A stretch of DNA of 63,259 nucleotides, the filler included, from Rhabdomonas costata (lineage: Eukaryota): NCBI GenBank assembly GCA_019059605.1. It is 33 parts of 33 records of this genome, joined end to end, with 100 filler letters (N's around TTAATTAATTAA, not from the genome) between each part and the next. Parts side by side here need not be neighbours in the genome. Positions count along the whole stretch, not along the records: positions 48,009 to 49,828 come from JAHMHO010008608.1; positions 49,929 to 51,747 come from JAHMHO010008609.1; positions 51,848 to 53,665 come from JAHMHO010008610.1; positions 53,766 to 55,584 come from JAHMHO010008611.1; positions 55,685 to 57,503 come from JAHMHO010008612.1; positions 57,604 to 59,422 come from JAHMHO010008613.1; 27 more parts are not named here. One strand, written 5' to 3'. The notes below the pieces were generated by a model. The model was not told the origin of the DNA and did no database searches. It saw only the letters and a list, made by a program, of their open reading frames with translations. Position 1 is the stretch's first letter; each line of letters opens with the position of its first letter. The translations under genes and the position numbers were made by a program. Shown here one piece after another: positions 48,009-59,522 of this stretch.

Positions 48009-49828
48009 TTGTTGGCACTCGGATCAACTTTCAGAAACTGACTATGTCCTCCCAGTGCCAAGCAGCAGTAGAAGGACCCACCGATGATTGCATAATTGCG
48101 ATTTAAGACATCCAGCAAAGAATCGTACAGGGCCCTCATTCCAAACAAGAAGAGCGTCTTTCCAGTCTCCATGCAAATCCGAACCTGGTTGAGATGTTCA
48201 ACCAGCATGTCTTGCGGTGAATCGAAAGGGGGGCCAACCAGGAGAACACTCTTGGGAACCAAAGTGCCCAGGTATCCGTCAAAAAACTGCCACCAGTGGT
48301 CCATAGTGTGGAAGATGAGAAGCAAGTGACGAGAGCTCAGGCTGTCCTTTGAAAGATTCTCTTCAATCAATTTCACTTCCAGTTTGTTTAAGTCTTCCTG
48401 TCTCTGCCGAGGTAAGCCCGCAAAAGGTTTCAGGAAAGTGTCGACAACAAAGGACATCTGCGAACAGCCTCCAAAGTTGCGCCTGACTGCACGCAAGAGC
48501 GCATCCACACTCCAGGCATCCAGCTGAGAGGAAAGCTCCTGGAAGAGCAAGAAGCAATCTCTCATACCAAAAAAAACATCAAAGCTTCCCTTGGAGGCCT
48601 TCGAAAGAACGTCCGTGCAAGCCTGGGCAAGGGGGAGAAAAGATTCGTGCCTGGTTCCAGCCAATTGCTCCTGCAGCTGAACCAATTCGTCGGCACACCC
48701 GCAGTCTCTGAATATGTGAATTGCCCGATTGAACTTGGCAGGGTCAAGATCAACATTGGAAATCCCAATAAAGCTCAGGGCCTCAGCAGGGTTGTATTGA
48801 TTTTTCTCCAGAAAGGCATGCAACACTTTCAATGCGTCAGGGGAGCCAGAAGCTGCTAGCCCAACTTCCTCAAGAACAACACAGACCAGGATATTAGGTG
48901 CCTGGGCCTGAAAACGGGTGCCTGCAGTGAACAGGTCGACCAAAGCCGAGGGCTGCGTGGTGGCACTGCACTGAAATGTAAAAGGCTGTATCGCACGAAA
49001 TCCTCTGAAGAATTCAGATACACTATTGCTGCCACGAAAGTGACTAAAAAGAGCCGAATATGCCTGACTTTTCGAAGTCCCAGGGGGGCCGATCAGGAAC
49101 ACTGGAAGCTTAAGCTGCACACACAACATCAACCCAGCCAACGTTTCCCGAAAAGCTGGTGTGTAGGCAATGTGCGAATTCTTCGTGAAGGACTCCGTAA
49201 GCACTCCGACAATTCGGGCAACTGCGCTCCAAAAGGTTTCCGCAGATTTCCTGAGGTGAGATAGTGCAGTGGAAACGGACGCCTGAAATTTTTCTCTGTC
49301 TTTCGAAGGTAAGCGAGCTGCGTAAACCAAAAAGATGGCCATGACACATGCATCATCGGACTTGAAACTCGATCCAGGAAACCGAGGGGCCTGTGATGGA
49401 ACAAGAGATGAGCGACAGAAATACTCTACAATTCGTATGGCTCTAACAGCATCCCGAAAGGAAACAACGTGGTCAGAGTATTCTCTCAAAAACTGAGTAC
49501 TTACCAGAACTAGCTCCGCAAAAGCTTCAGAACGAACAACATTTGCATCAATGGCGGATTTCGCAATCAAACCAAGGACAATGTCACGCTCTTCCGAAGA
49601 TCGCACGGGAAAGATGGGCCATTCGAAGAATCGTACCGAGGGAGAAAGCGGATAGACTCTGTAAACCAACTCCGAGGGACTGCATGCGCCCTTCTTAACG
49701 AGAAGGGGATTGCAAGCTACGACAATTCCAACGTTGTGCGGCAAATACAGGTTTCCACATTGCCGATCACACAAGAGCTCCTTGAAAAGATCCACCTCGG
49801 AAGACGTGTTGATTTCATCAAAAAAACA
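48009..49828 (-). CDS. RNF213 (mysterin)-like AAA+ ATPase fragment, intronless
   Basis: Over 600 open codons with motifs in RNF213 order: FFDEINT, ACNP, LVYRVYPL, LPVFLIGPPGTSKS (Walker A), FQCS, VVLEEVGLA (Walker B), GISNVDLDPAKFNR, FFGMRD, SRHLLL, CMETGK, LYDSLLDVLN. Confidence 0.92.
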
Positions 49829-50071
49829 NNNNNNNNNNNNNNNNNNNNNNNNNNNNNNNNNNNNNNNNNNNNTTAATTAATTAANNNNNNNNNNNNNNNN
49901 NNNNNNNNNNNNNNNNNNNNNNNNNNNNTTGTTTGGGGTTGGCTTTGGGTGAGGTTGGTTGTGTTTTTGACCTCCCTTTTCTTCTTCTGTTTAGGAATCA
50001 TAGAGAATGGAGCAAAATCAAATGAATGTGAGATCGAAAACCCTTTTTTGTCTTTTTTTTTTTTGCTGAAG

Positions 50072-51423
50072 GAGGCCGTGCAGGAGTGGATCGGTTTCAT
50101 TCGCCGAACAAAATCGAAGTACGGTATTGACCTGGAGTGCCTGACGGCCAATTACCGCAACGTGTGATTGCGCTCCCGCTAGATCGCTTTTTTCCGTGTC
50201 TCGTTTTCTTTCCTCTTCTTTTCCTATTCTCCGGGTGGACCTTAATTCTAGGTAGCATTTTGGCATTTCGCTGTTCCGCGAACATAGGGCAGGAGTTGGG
50301 AAAATGTATGCAAAACTGGGACCACATCAAACTTGAGAATCGAGAAATCACAGGTTATGTACTTGAACATCTGGAAAACATGGGCATATCTCAGAAAACG
50401 TCAGCTGAATTTTGCAGCCAGGAGTGCATACGAACCAACTGTGCTGACATGGATAACAAAGGGAGACCTTTATCATATCCCCAAAACCCATAAGTCCAGG
50501 TCCAGCTTTTTTTGGTTCCAGTTGGGTTCGCTGGTGTTGGCGAACCCAAGAAAATCAAGAAGAGATTTTTGAAAAGAATCTACCAATTGAATCAAAAAGA
50601 GGCTTTTTGGTCAAGCCCACATGGAACTTGGAACATTTCGGGATTTTTGAGGGTTTTGTTGCTTCTGCTGAATTAAGGTTTGTTTGATACTGTTTGGAAA
50701 TTTGGGAGCAGGATTGAATTGGGAACAGGGTGTGCTTGCACCTGTTTCGTGCCTCTCCCAGGAGCAGATGGACTACTACCTTCAGACTGCTGCGTGGGTC
50801 GATTTCTCCTCACAGGACGTGGTCGGCAAGGTGAGTGATCAGTGTTTTCTTGCCCCTCCAGATCCAGATATAAACCTGTTTTTTCGCCACCCTCAGCTGA
50901 TAATGGCTTGTTTATGGTGCTTTTTTGATTGACTTTTTGAGGTCACATGGACAAAAACATTGTGGTCATCGTTGAAATTTTGTCCTTTGTTTTGGTCAGG
51001 ACTGCTTCCCCATTACAGTTAACAGTGAAGCCTGAGTCAGGAACACTATTCATGAACTCACGATTGTGAATTGGAGGAGGAGGGGAGGGGACAAAAATAT
51101 TCCAAGCCCGAAAATTGGGGTGTGTGGATGGGGGATGAGGAGTGGGTATGGAGTCGCGCCTGGTTACCGGCGGTTCGCGGTTTAAAAAAAAAGGGAGGGA
51201 AAAATTGTGGGGACAAGCGGCTTTGCGCTGGGCCCGGAGGTCTCGTTTATTTTCCTTCTTAGGGGATTTAATCGTTGGCGTCTTTCTTACACTTTCGTTC
51301 TCCCAAAGCCCGCGATGATTTACGAGTTCGACGTGGGCACGGTGCAGATCTCCGACCTTCTGTCCCTGTCCATGGATTTTTCCTGCCCGATGAACTCTGA
51401 CTCTCGGATCTCCGGAATCGCAG
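50072..51423 (+). CDS. Protein arginine methyltransferase, plant PRMT10-like (exons 50072-50161, 50762-50830, 51309-51423)
   Basis: In-phase joins give EWIGFIRRTKSKYGIDLECLTANYRNEQMDYYLQTAAWVDFSSQDVVGKPAMIYEFDVGTV...RISGIAG, like the PRMT10 dimerisation arm and barrel. Confidence 0.8.
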
Positions 51424-52061
51424 GTCCCTCACAGTTCCCCTGTCACGCTTTTTCCCAACAATTCGGTTGCGATAAGGGGACTGAGATGAATATGAATCTG
51501 GGGGGGATCAGGAAAGACGTTTCGTTGTCCGTTTCTCGCTTCTTTGCCTGCTGATTATCAAGCAACCTTTGCCGTGATTAATTATGTGAGCGCCTCCTCG
51601 CAAGAAGGGTGGTGGGAAATGCCACAGTCTCACCGCCCCACTCCACCCAGACTTGCTGCTGTCAGTCAAGGGGTCCGCAGTCCTCGCAATGACTCGCCTC
51701 AAACAAACAAGCGCAGACCAGAACTGCGGAAGACGTCCTTCTTTTCTNNNNNNNNNNNNNNNNNNNNNNNNNNNNNNNNNNNNNNNNNNNNTTAATTAAT
51801 TAANNNNNNNNNNNNNNNNNNNNNNNNNNNNNNNNNNNNNNNNNNNNCACCGGCAACCGCATAAATATGAAGCCGAAGAAAAGTAACTCTTCAAGGAGAG
51901 GTCATGCGGAGGGCTGGATAAGTGATGACTTCACAGTGAACCCAGCGCAAGCGCAAGGTGCTTTGGGTCGCCAAACCTTGGAAATGGGGGTAGGGGAGGG
52001 CAAGGGACTGTCCGTTTACCGTTTGTACTTCAATCCCTTTTGTACTTCTGTGTGCCAAAGT

Positions 52062-52360
52062 TCACGTGCAGATCTTACTCTCAGAGCTGCGCAGGGGGAA
52101 CAGGGGACTTCCGAGACACTGCCGGAGCGCCCCCCGAAGCCCCTCGTGGGCCCACCAGCACACCGCGAGGTACCCCGCGACGTGCACCGCGGTGAGCAGC
52201 CCAGCAAGCGGACGATGGGCTGCCCGCACAGCAGGGTGTCCTGACCCGTGAGGAAGAGCCCGTGCACCGGGGTACGGGGGTGAAGCCTGTGCCACAGCTC
52301 GTCTGAGGTGAAGCGTTCCGGGGGAAAGTCCAGCCCGATCGCACCGCCTAGCGCAGCCCC
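52062..52360 (-). pseudogene. All-trans-retinol 13,14-reductase (RETSAT)-like terminal exon with a 1-nt frameshift
   Basis: GGAIGLDFPPERF...LHPRTPVHGLFLTGQDTLLCGQPIV continues as LAGLLTAVHVAGY in another frame after about 52210. Confidence 0.7.
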
Positions 52361-54185
52361 CCGGCAAGAAACAAGAAGTGTGAAGCAAAGAAAAGAACGT
52401 TTAAAACGCAAGGCCCAGCACAGCCGGAGACCTTCCAGCACTACACGGGCGTGTGGGCATTGTGGGTGCTATGCATCCTGCCGCGGTGAGCGATATAATA
52501 CCTGAGCTCTCCGGATACGACGCTGATTTTCAGCTTCCGTGATTCCCTGGTCCGAACAAATTGCAATAGAATTGCAAATAGGAAAACGCAAATCCCAAAG
52601 CCGACCTTCCGTCGGACGGATGTCACGTCTCCAAATTCCAAAATGGCCCAGTGTGGCTGGACAGAGCGACACTGCCACCGACACGATGGCCAGCTGGCTT
52701 GTGCAAGTTCTGAAGCACCCCGACAAATGCCGCAAGCAGGGCAGCTGTCACACGCTGCGCTGGTCGGTCAAGAATGAAACCGTCCATTTTGCGAAAAAGA
52801 AAACCGAAAACCTTTGTTTTGGGTGACCGGTACTCAATGGTAAACTCAAAGGCAAAAGAAGAACAAGAGCAGGCTCCCCGCGAACACGTTACCTCCACCC
52901 CAAGTTCAACGACTCAGTGATACAGTACTGAGTCCATATTGTGCTGGTTATACAATGAGCAGTTCCGGGACGAAACAAAACAGTGCGTGCCCGATGACAG
53001 TGTCCTGCGAAAAGGCCTTTTCCTGCAGGCCCCGAAACCGCATATAGGATCTTTTGTGAAGGTTTCCAGCTCTGGTTTCCCCACTTTCCTTCCTCAGACA
53101 ATGCTGATTATTTGTTTTGATGCCCCCTCCCCCCACGAACTTGTTCAGTTTCTTCTTTGCAAAGACACTTCCTCACCTTTTTGCAAAGCCGGCCGCCTGA
53201 ACATCGCCGAAAACAGCACCCCTATCCTGCCGCCTTCCCAGCAAACTCCCCCGCCACATCGTCGCCCATCCCTCCAGCCGGAATAGTCGATGACCTTGAT
53301 TCGGCCTCCGCAGCCCTTGGCTGTGGCACTTTGGCTTCTGCTGCTGCAGTCGGGCGTTGTGCTTCAATCAAAGGGGCAGCAGCCGGAGCCAGTGGAGGGC
53401 GGCATATCCGTGCGGGTACCCGCTCGGACGGAGGACAGCACAGGTCTGCCACTGGCTGGAGCTTAGTCCATTAGTTCAAGGGACTCGCCGTTGTTGTTTC
53501 ACTGAGCTGAGGTTGGGGATTCTCATTAGGTGCTGACGACCACTTGCTCACGTTTCGGTGGAAGGAGAAGACAAAAAAGCAAATGAGGGATTTGTCGCAC
53601 CAGGTCACCTCACCGTGCTGAGCAAGAGGGAGGGTACTTTTCTGTATCTGGTGGTCCACAACACCNNNNNNNNNNNNNNNNNNNNNNNNNNNNNNNNNNN
53701 NNNNNNNNNTTAATTAATTAANNNNNNNNNNNNNNNNNNNNNNNNNNNNNNNNNNNNNNNNNNNNGGTGGGCGAGATTACGGTGTATCTGTCTTTTGAGG
53801 GAAGAGAGTTCCAATGTTCATGTCGCCGGTTGCTCAGCACTCCGTCGACCAGCGGAGTCCAGCTCATTCCAGATCATTCCCAGGTTGAGAGACCTCGCAA
53901 TGCCAGCTTTTAGATAAAACCAACCGCCAATCATTCATTTTGGGCTACACAGAAAGTGGTAGGTAGGAAACTGATCGAGGGCTTCGGTGGACTATGCCAT
54001 TCTCCCCGTTCCCTTGCTGTGAAAAGTGGGCTGCTGTCCTTTTGCTTTCCTTCGAAAGCGAAGGCTCTCCGGCTCAAATTGTACCTCTTCCTCCGCGCAT
54101 TACCACTAAAATGCTCATTGCTCTGGCACTTTGGGGCTTCAAAACAAAACCCCATGTATACTCCGCCATTCCAAACTCTGCACAC

Positions 54186-54454
54186 CTCTGCGGGGCCTGC
54201 AGCACAGCTAGCCCCAGCCGCATGCTCACGAACAGCACCACACGCAGACCCGCATTCACCCGGGGCCTGACCAGCGGGGGCCCCGTCAGGGTGGGCTGGT
54301 ATAGCTCCCCTAACCGCGACCCCGCGTGGAGGAGCATCTGCATGGACGTCGAAGGAGCGGGAGTAGGCTCTGCCAGGCCGCCACGGCCGCCCTCCAGCAG
54401 CTGCCGCCGCTTGCGGGTAGGCTCCGCGGGAGACTCCAGGTCCATCACTGCCAT
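54186..54454 (-). CDS. First exon of a probable formyltransferase-like gene
   Basis: MAVMDLESP...GLRVVLFVSMRLGLAVLQA resembles the start of the formyltransferase fold (MRIVF+GS..G...L.AL); donor ag|gtgtgc. Confidence 0.45.
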
Positions 54455-55190
54455 CTCCGGAACAGGAAGAGGGGAGTGCCAAAAACCGAGGCACATCTTC
54501 AGAGCGGGGAGGGAACGGAACGAATCTTGTGTTTCAATAGTAGAGTTTCGATGATGAGCCGTGGTAAGCCTTTTGTCCTTAAATCACCACGGACTCCAGA
54601 GTTGCAGTGACCTCATCGACCGAAGTTCAACCGGGGCCTTCTCATCAGTCAACCCAGCACAATGTCAACACTTAGAAGTTCAATTCATGGTTTGAAAGTG
54701 AGAGACCGACACTGACTAATAGCTCTTTGGGGGAGCGAGCAGTAGGATGCACACAATCTCAAACCCTGGCATGCTCGGAATTGGTGGTGTTGCGTCGCTC
54801 CCAAGGCGCAAAGAAAGTCCATTGAGAAAAGCTCCAGTTGACAGTATGGAGCAACACAAACAGAACGGAATACAAAAAAAGATGAAGTAAGCCCGAAAAA
54901 TACGTACAACGTATTTAATGCAGCGAACCGCGACTACGCGATTCTGGAAGAGTGAAATCGGCGCACGGTTCTCTCATTGAAAGAACCATCGCACCTCCTA
55001 CAAACAAAACCAAGGATCCCAAAACCCGTGGATCTAACACATTTTCAAATGAAAAAAAGACAAGAATGAATTCAATGAAAACAAACAGCAGTGGCTACTG
55101 TGATTGTCATGCGGACGTTCCCAATGGAAACGCTGCACAAACTACAAAACCAACTATCTGTGCCGATTCCATTATCCACGGACGGCAGGC

Positions 55191-55584
55191 TTAGTTCCGG
55201 CCCAGCGAGGGGTGGTCGGGAAGGCGGTACCCCTCCTTGCCCCCATTCGTGGCCGGCAGCAGCAAGATCTTCTTGATGGATTCCGGCATGACCGAGCTGA
55301 AGTCGATCCTCTCCACGCATCCCTGCTGGCCCTGCCCCTTCCTGTCCAGGACCTCCTCGACGAGCTGCACGCTCATCCAGGCTGCAGTGCTGCCCACCTT
55401 TTCCATGAACTTGACCACACTGGTGGGGTAGGAGCCGTCAGGAAGCTGGATGTTCACGGGCGGGGAGGCCCCCACCACCGCCCCCCGGTCAATCTCCTCG
55501 GCCACCCGGTGCAGCACAAGTGGCATCGTCCCCAGGCCTCGTTCCATGGCATCATGGAAGGGCCGCGGACCCACCCACCCCAAC
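55191..55584 (-). CDS. Formyltransferase-domain protein, C-terminal fragment
   Basis: GPRPFHDAMERGLGTMPLVLHRVAEEIDRGAVV resembles G..P+..A+..G....GVT+H.+.E.+D.G.++; strong GC3 bias. Confidence 0.7.
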
Positions 55585-56892
55585 NNNNNNNNNNNNNNNN
55601 NNNNNNNNNNNNNNNNNNNNNNNNNNNNTTAATTAATTAANNNNNNNNNNNNNNNNNNNNNNNNNNNNNNNNNNNNNNNNNNNNGGGGGTGTGGGACTCA
55701 ATTTGCGTGGGTGGAGCCGTTAAAGCAATTTCTTGGAGGAGTAGGCGAACCGTTGCTCGGTTGGAGAAGGAGGGTGAGGTTGTGGTGGAGCTCAAATATT
55801 TAGCTCTGTGTTAGTTTTGCAGTGATCTTGCACTGGTTGAGGGAGCCAGGTATCCCCACTATTCTCAGGGGACTGAAAAATTGCGAAGCGGTGGGGATCT
55901 CCGTGTGGGGAGTGCCCACTGGGTGGTGGTGTTTCACGCCAATCGGAGTTGATGTGCTACTTTTTGTTCAGCGAAAGGGAGCCAACTCTGGGTCCAGTTC
56001 GATGGCACCATCCCGTTCGGAACCGCAGCCACTGGTCACTCCAGTACAGCTTCGGTGTGTCCGGCCCCCCCATATCCGTTTTATCCTCATTGAGCTCTCT
56101 TTTTCTCTCTGTTTTTTGTGAAGGTTGATGGCAGGTGATTTTGGGTCCAAAGCATGATGTTGGGTGCAAAGCTTTGCCCTCCTCGCCCTTTACCTTCTGA
56201 TGTGCTTGCGTCTGCTGACACACACATACACACCGTCGCACTTACCAGTAGACAGTAGATTATATGAAATGTATGCTCACCCCTCCAGTGCCATATTCTA
56301 CAACGACGGAATTATATGAGCTGTTATTTCTGCTTCCCTTTCTTCTCATTCTGATCGCTCTGTCCCATATGGTCGTTTTGATCCTTTTTTCAGCAAACGA
56401 GTGGAGATTCAAGGTTCTCCGGAGGTCGACAGAATTACGATCGCTACTGACCGGTATGCCACCCGATCTCGGGCCTCGGTCGTTCTTGCACATTGCTAAA
56501 TGTTCTCCTTCCACTTTTTGTTTGGCTTGTCATTGGCGTGGGCTCTCCGAATTCGCCGAAAGGTGGTCCCTCCACACACAAAGAAGGCACCGGTGCGAGG
56601 CACGAGGTTGCACGTGCGGTGTGGTTGATATCATGCACGGTGCGTGGTGAATAACCGTGAAAAATGTGGCTGCTCCCTCAAACAATGCCCCACCACACGT
56701 ATTTACAGTCGCACCCACGCCTGCATCATTTGAACGTCGAGGTTTTATTAGCTATGCAATATTTGAAGAAAATAGTTCTTTTGCTGGATTCGGGACATCA
56801 GCCGGACCGGTTGACGAATATGCAGCAGGTATGTGTGTGAATGGGGTGGGGGCACAGCAGCGAGCTGTTGCTGACTCTGTTGTACGCGGCAG

Positions 56893-57478
56893 AGGAGATC
56901 AACCGGGTGATGGCGGATGTACAGCTTCTGGACGATCTGCTGCCTTCCAGGTCTATGTTTGTGAGTTTGTATGCGTGCGCGCGCGCCCTCTCTGAGAAGT
57001 TGCAGAGCTAGCGTCTTTATTGCGAGAGGGGGGATCTGTAATTTTGGAGCAGAACGGATTCTCTGTCCTCAAACTGTGTAGCTTGTCACTAGGATATTGC
57101 ATCTTATTGAGGCGGAACCATCTTGCATTTCGGTCACCACTCGCACAGGGTCCCAGAAGGGTGAATGCTGTGTCGCATACTGTGCTTCTCCGCAGCTCCT
57201 TCGGAGGGATCACAAGCCCAAGTGCCCCGAGAAGTGGCGCAGTGCTGTCCCCGACTTGCTCGCCCATTGCCAGGGCTCGCGCCCCCGCAAGGGCGTCGGC
57301 ATCGTTGTCCTCGTCGGCCTCGCTGTGGCCGCCGTGGGGCAGCGGGGAAGCGAGCAGGAGCAGGCAGGCCAGCCTCTCTCCCAAAAGCCGCAGTGCAGAC
57401 TGCAGCACCGCTGCGGAATCAGCTCGCCAGTTTGCCCTTCTGGTGGCACAGCTGAGGGCCCGTGTGGCATTTCTCACA
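56893..57478 (+). CDS. Hypothetical Ser-rich / coiled-coil protein (exons 56893-56950, 57196-57478)
   Basis: Phase-2 GT-AG join gives EINRVMADVQLLDDLLPSS SFGGITSP...QLRARVAFLT. Confidence 0.5.
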
Positions 57479-57710
57479 GTGTGTGTGTGCATGCCACAAC
57501 ACCNNNNNNNNNNNNNNNNNNNNNNNNNNNNNNNNNNNNNNNNNNNNTTAATTAATTAANNNNNNNNNNNNNNNNNNNNNNNNNNNNNNNNNNNNNNNNN
57601 NNNGGTGGTTTGGGAACCTTCTCATTCCCAGTTCGCACCTGTTTGCACTGCATAACAACGTTAACCTGTTTGAGATCCTTCACTTCCTGCTTGCCTCCAT
57701 TTTCTCGCAG

Positions 57711-58910
57711 GCACAGCCAGTGAACCTGCAACCCTTCCACGGGTCGACATGCTTCCTGTTAGGCAACGAGGGTGAGGGTCTGTCTGAGGCCCAGCAGGCC
57801 GTATGCGATGGGTTTGTGTACATCCCGCAGTATGGCACCTCCACGGCCTCGCTGAACGTCGCTGTGGCTGCCTCCATTGTGATGCATCAGTTTGCTTTTT
57901 GGGCAGGCTACCGTGAGGCTGCGCGGGAGGGTCAAAAGTATATTGTGGGTATGTCCCTCTCCCTCCCTCTCTCTCGCTCTCTCTCTCTGAGGACCACTCC
58001 GCCAGGGTCGAAACGCCAGCCATTCCAGTAAGAAATCAGATCTTTCAGCTGCTCAACTCACAGTTCACCCCCTTCACCTCAGTTACACACACACAGTCTC
58101 TCATTCTCTAAGGACCCAGTCTCCATCCAAATGCGTTACTATCACTTTTTTTTGTACCCTTATTGTCCCCCACCTCTGAGACTTGCATGATGTTTGCATG
58201 ATGCTGTGGTATTCTAAAAATGAGAGCTAAAATGGTTGATAGGAAATGATGTCACAGGTTTGGGTGCTATTTTTATTTATTATTAATTTATTATGAACTT
58301 GATAGGCACAGTTGGTTCTGTAGTTGTAGTTGTAGTGCTTAGTTGAGTGCACAGGCGGCCACGAGCCAGTTTCCTGGAACCCGTGTTTTCCCGGGAGAGG
58401 AGACAGGGGTCTGCTTGGGATGGATATGTACACGTGGGGGAAAGACGCGGCACACAAAGGATAAAGAAGTCTCGAAGGGTCGCACACACTCCGGGCAGAA
58501 AGAACCGGTCCGGCAGTGTTTCGGGAGGCCCATACATAAGGACTAGGTTTTTCAAGAAGTTTAGCCAAGCAGTCTGATTTATGACATTGCTTTGATTATG
58601 GAGCAGTCACACGTGAAGGATTATTGCTTTCCCATTTTGGCAGCTTCTCGAAAACCACCACTGGTTGGATGTGCTGTTTTAACGAACGGGTTTTGCGACC
58701 AGTGAGCGACCACCGAGTGTTTTCGCCCGTGGCTTTTTTCCAGAGAAGTCCTCCCGACTGGAGAAGTACTTGAATCCCACCGACGAACGCGCCGCGGAGA
58801 TTGCGGCTGTGCGCGAGCAGCGTCGTCTGGCGAAACAACAACAACAGAGCCCTGCAGAAGCGGCATCAGATTTATCGGAACTGGACTTGGGCCTCGCTTC
58901 TCAAACGTGA
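57711..58910 (+). CDS. SpoU/TrmH-family RNA 2'-O-methyltransferase, last two exons (57711-57948, 58744-58910)
   Basis: FLLGNEGEGLS...CDGFVYIPQYGTSTASLNVAVAASIV are SPOUT motifs 2 and 3; phase-1 join to a terminal exon ending in TGA. Confidence 0.92.
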
Positions 58911-59522
58911 CTTTTCTCTTCTTATCTCTTAGTGAGATGGAGTGGCATGGGTAAAGCGCGGCAGTTAAGACAAGACTGCCACAGGTTGCGGTGGTGTGAC
59001 TCCATCGACCATTTACGACGGTGTCGCGTGATGCTTATGTGAGAGTAACAATAGCGTGTATTCTTACATGACCACGATGTAAAATATATGGCGCGCGTCA
59101 TGTCAAAAGAGTTAGCCGAAACGACAATTCTGCGAACACTTACCACGCAACCTCAAAGGCGAGATTTGGTGACACTCATAAGGTCGTTTCTTGCTGAAAA
59201 ATCTTGAAACACCCCATAAAGTCGCGGGCCATGAAAGAAAACCATGTCACTATGTCGCCTTTTCAGTGCGCCAGTTGCAAAGATAACTGTTACCAACAAC
59301 CATGCTGCTTCAAATGCAACCTTTGAACAGGCATTTCAGAATGAGGATTTTTTCCTATGAAATATCGCTTGTCGCCGGTGGTCGTCTTTTTTCTTGATTA
59401 AGGGATGTTGACCACACAACCCNNNNNNNNNNNNNNNNNNNNNNNNNNNNNNNNNNNNNNNNNNNNTTAATTAATTAANNNNNNNNNNNNNNNNNNNNNN
59501 NNNNNNNNNNNNNNNNNNNNNN

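Noticed and set aside
56953-57492. 179-aa minus-strand ORF
   Set aside because: Splice signals and the phase-consistent upstream exon favour the + strand.
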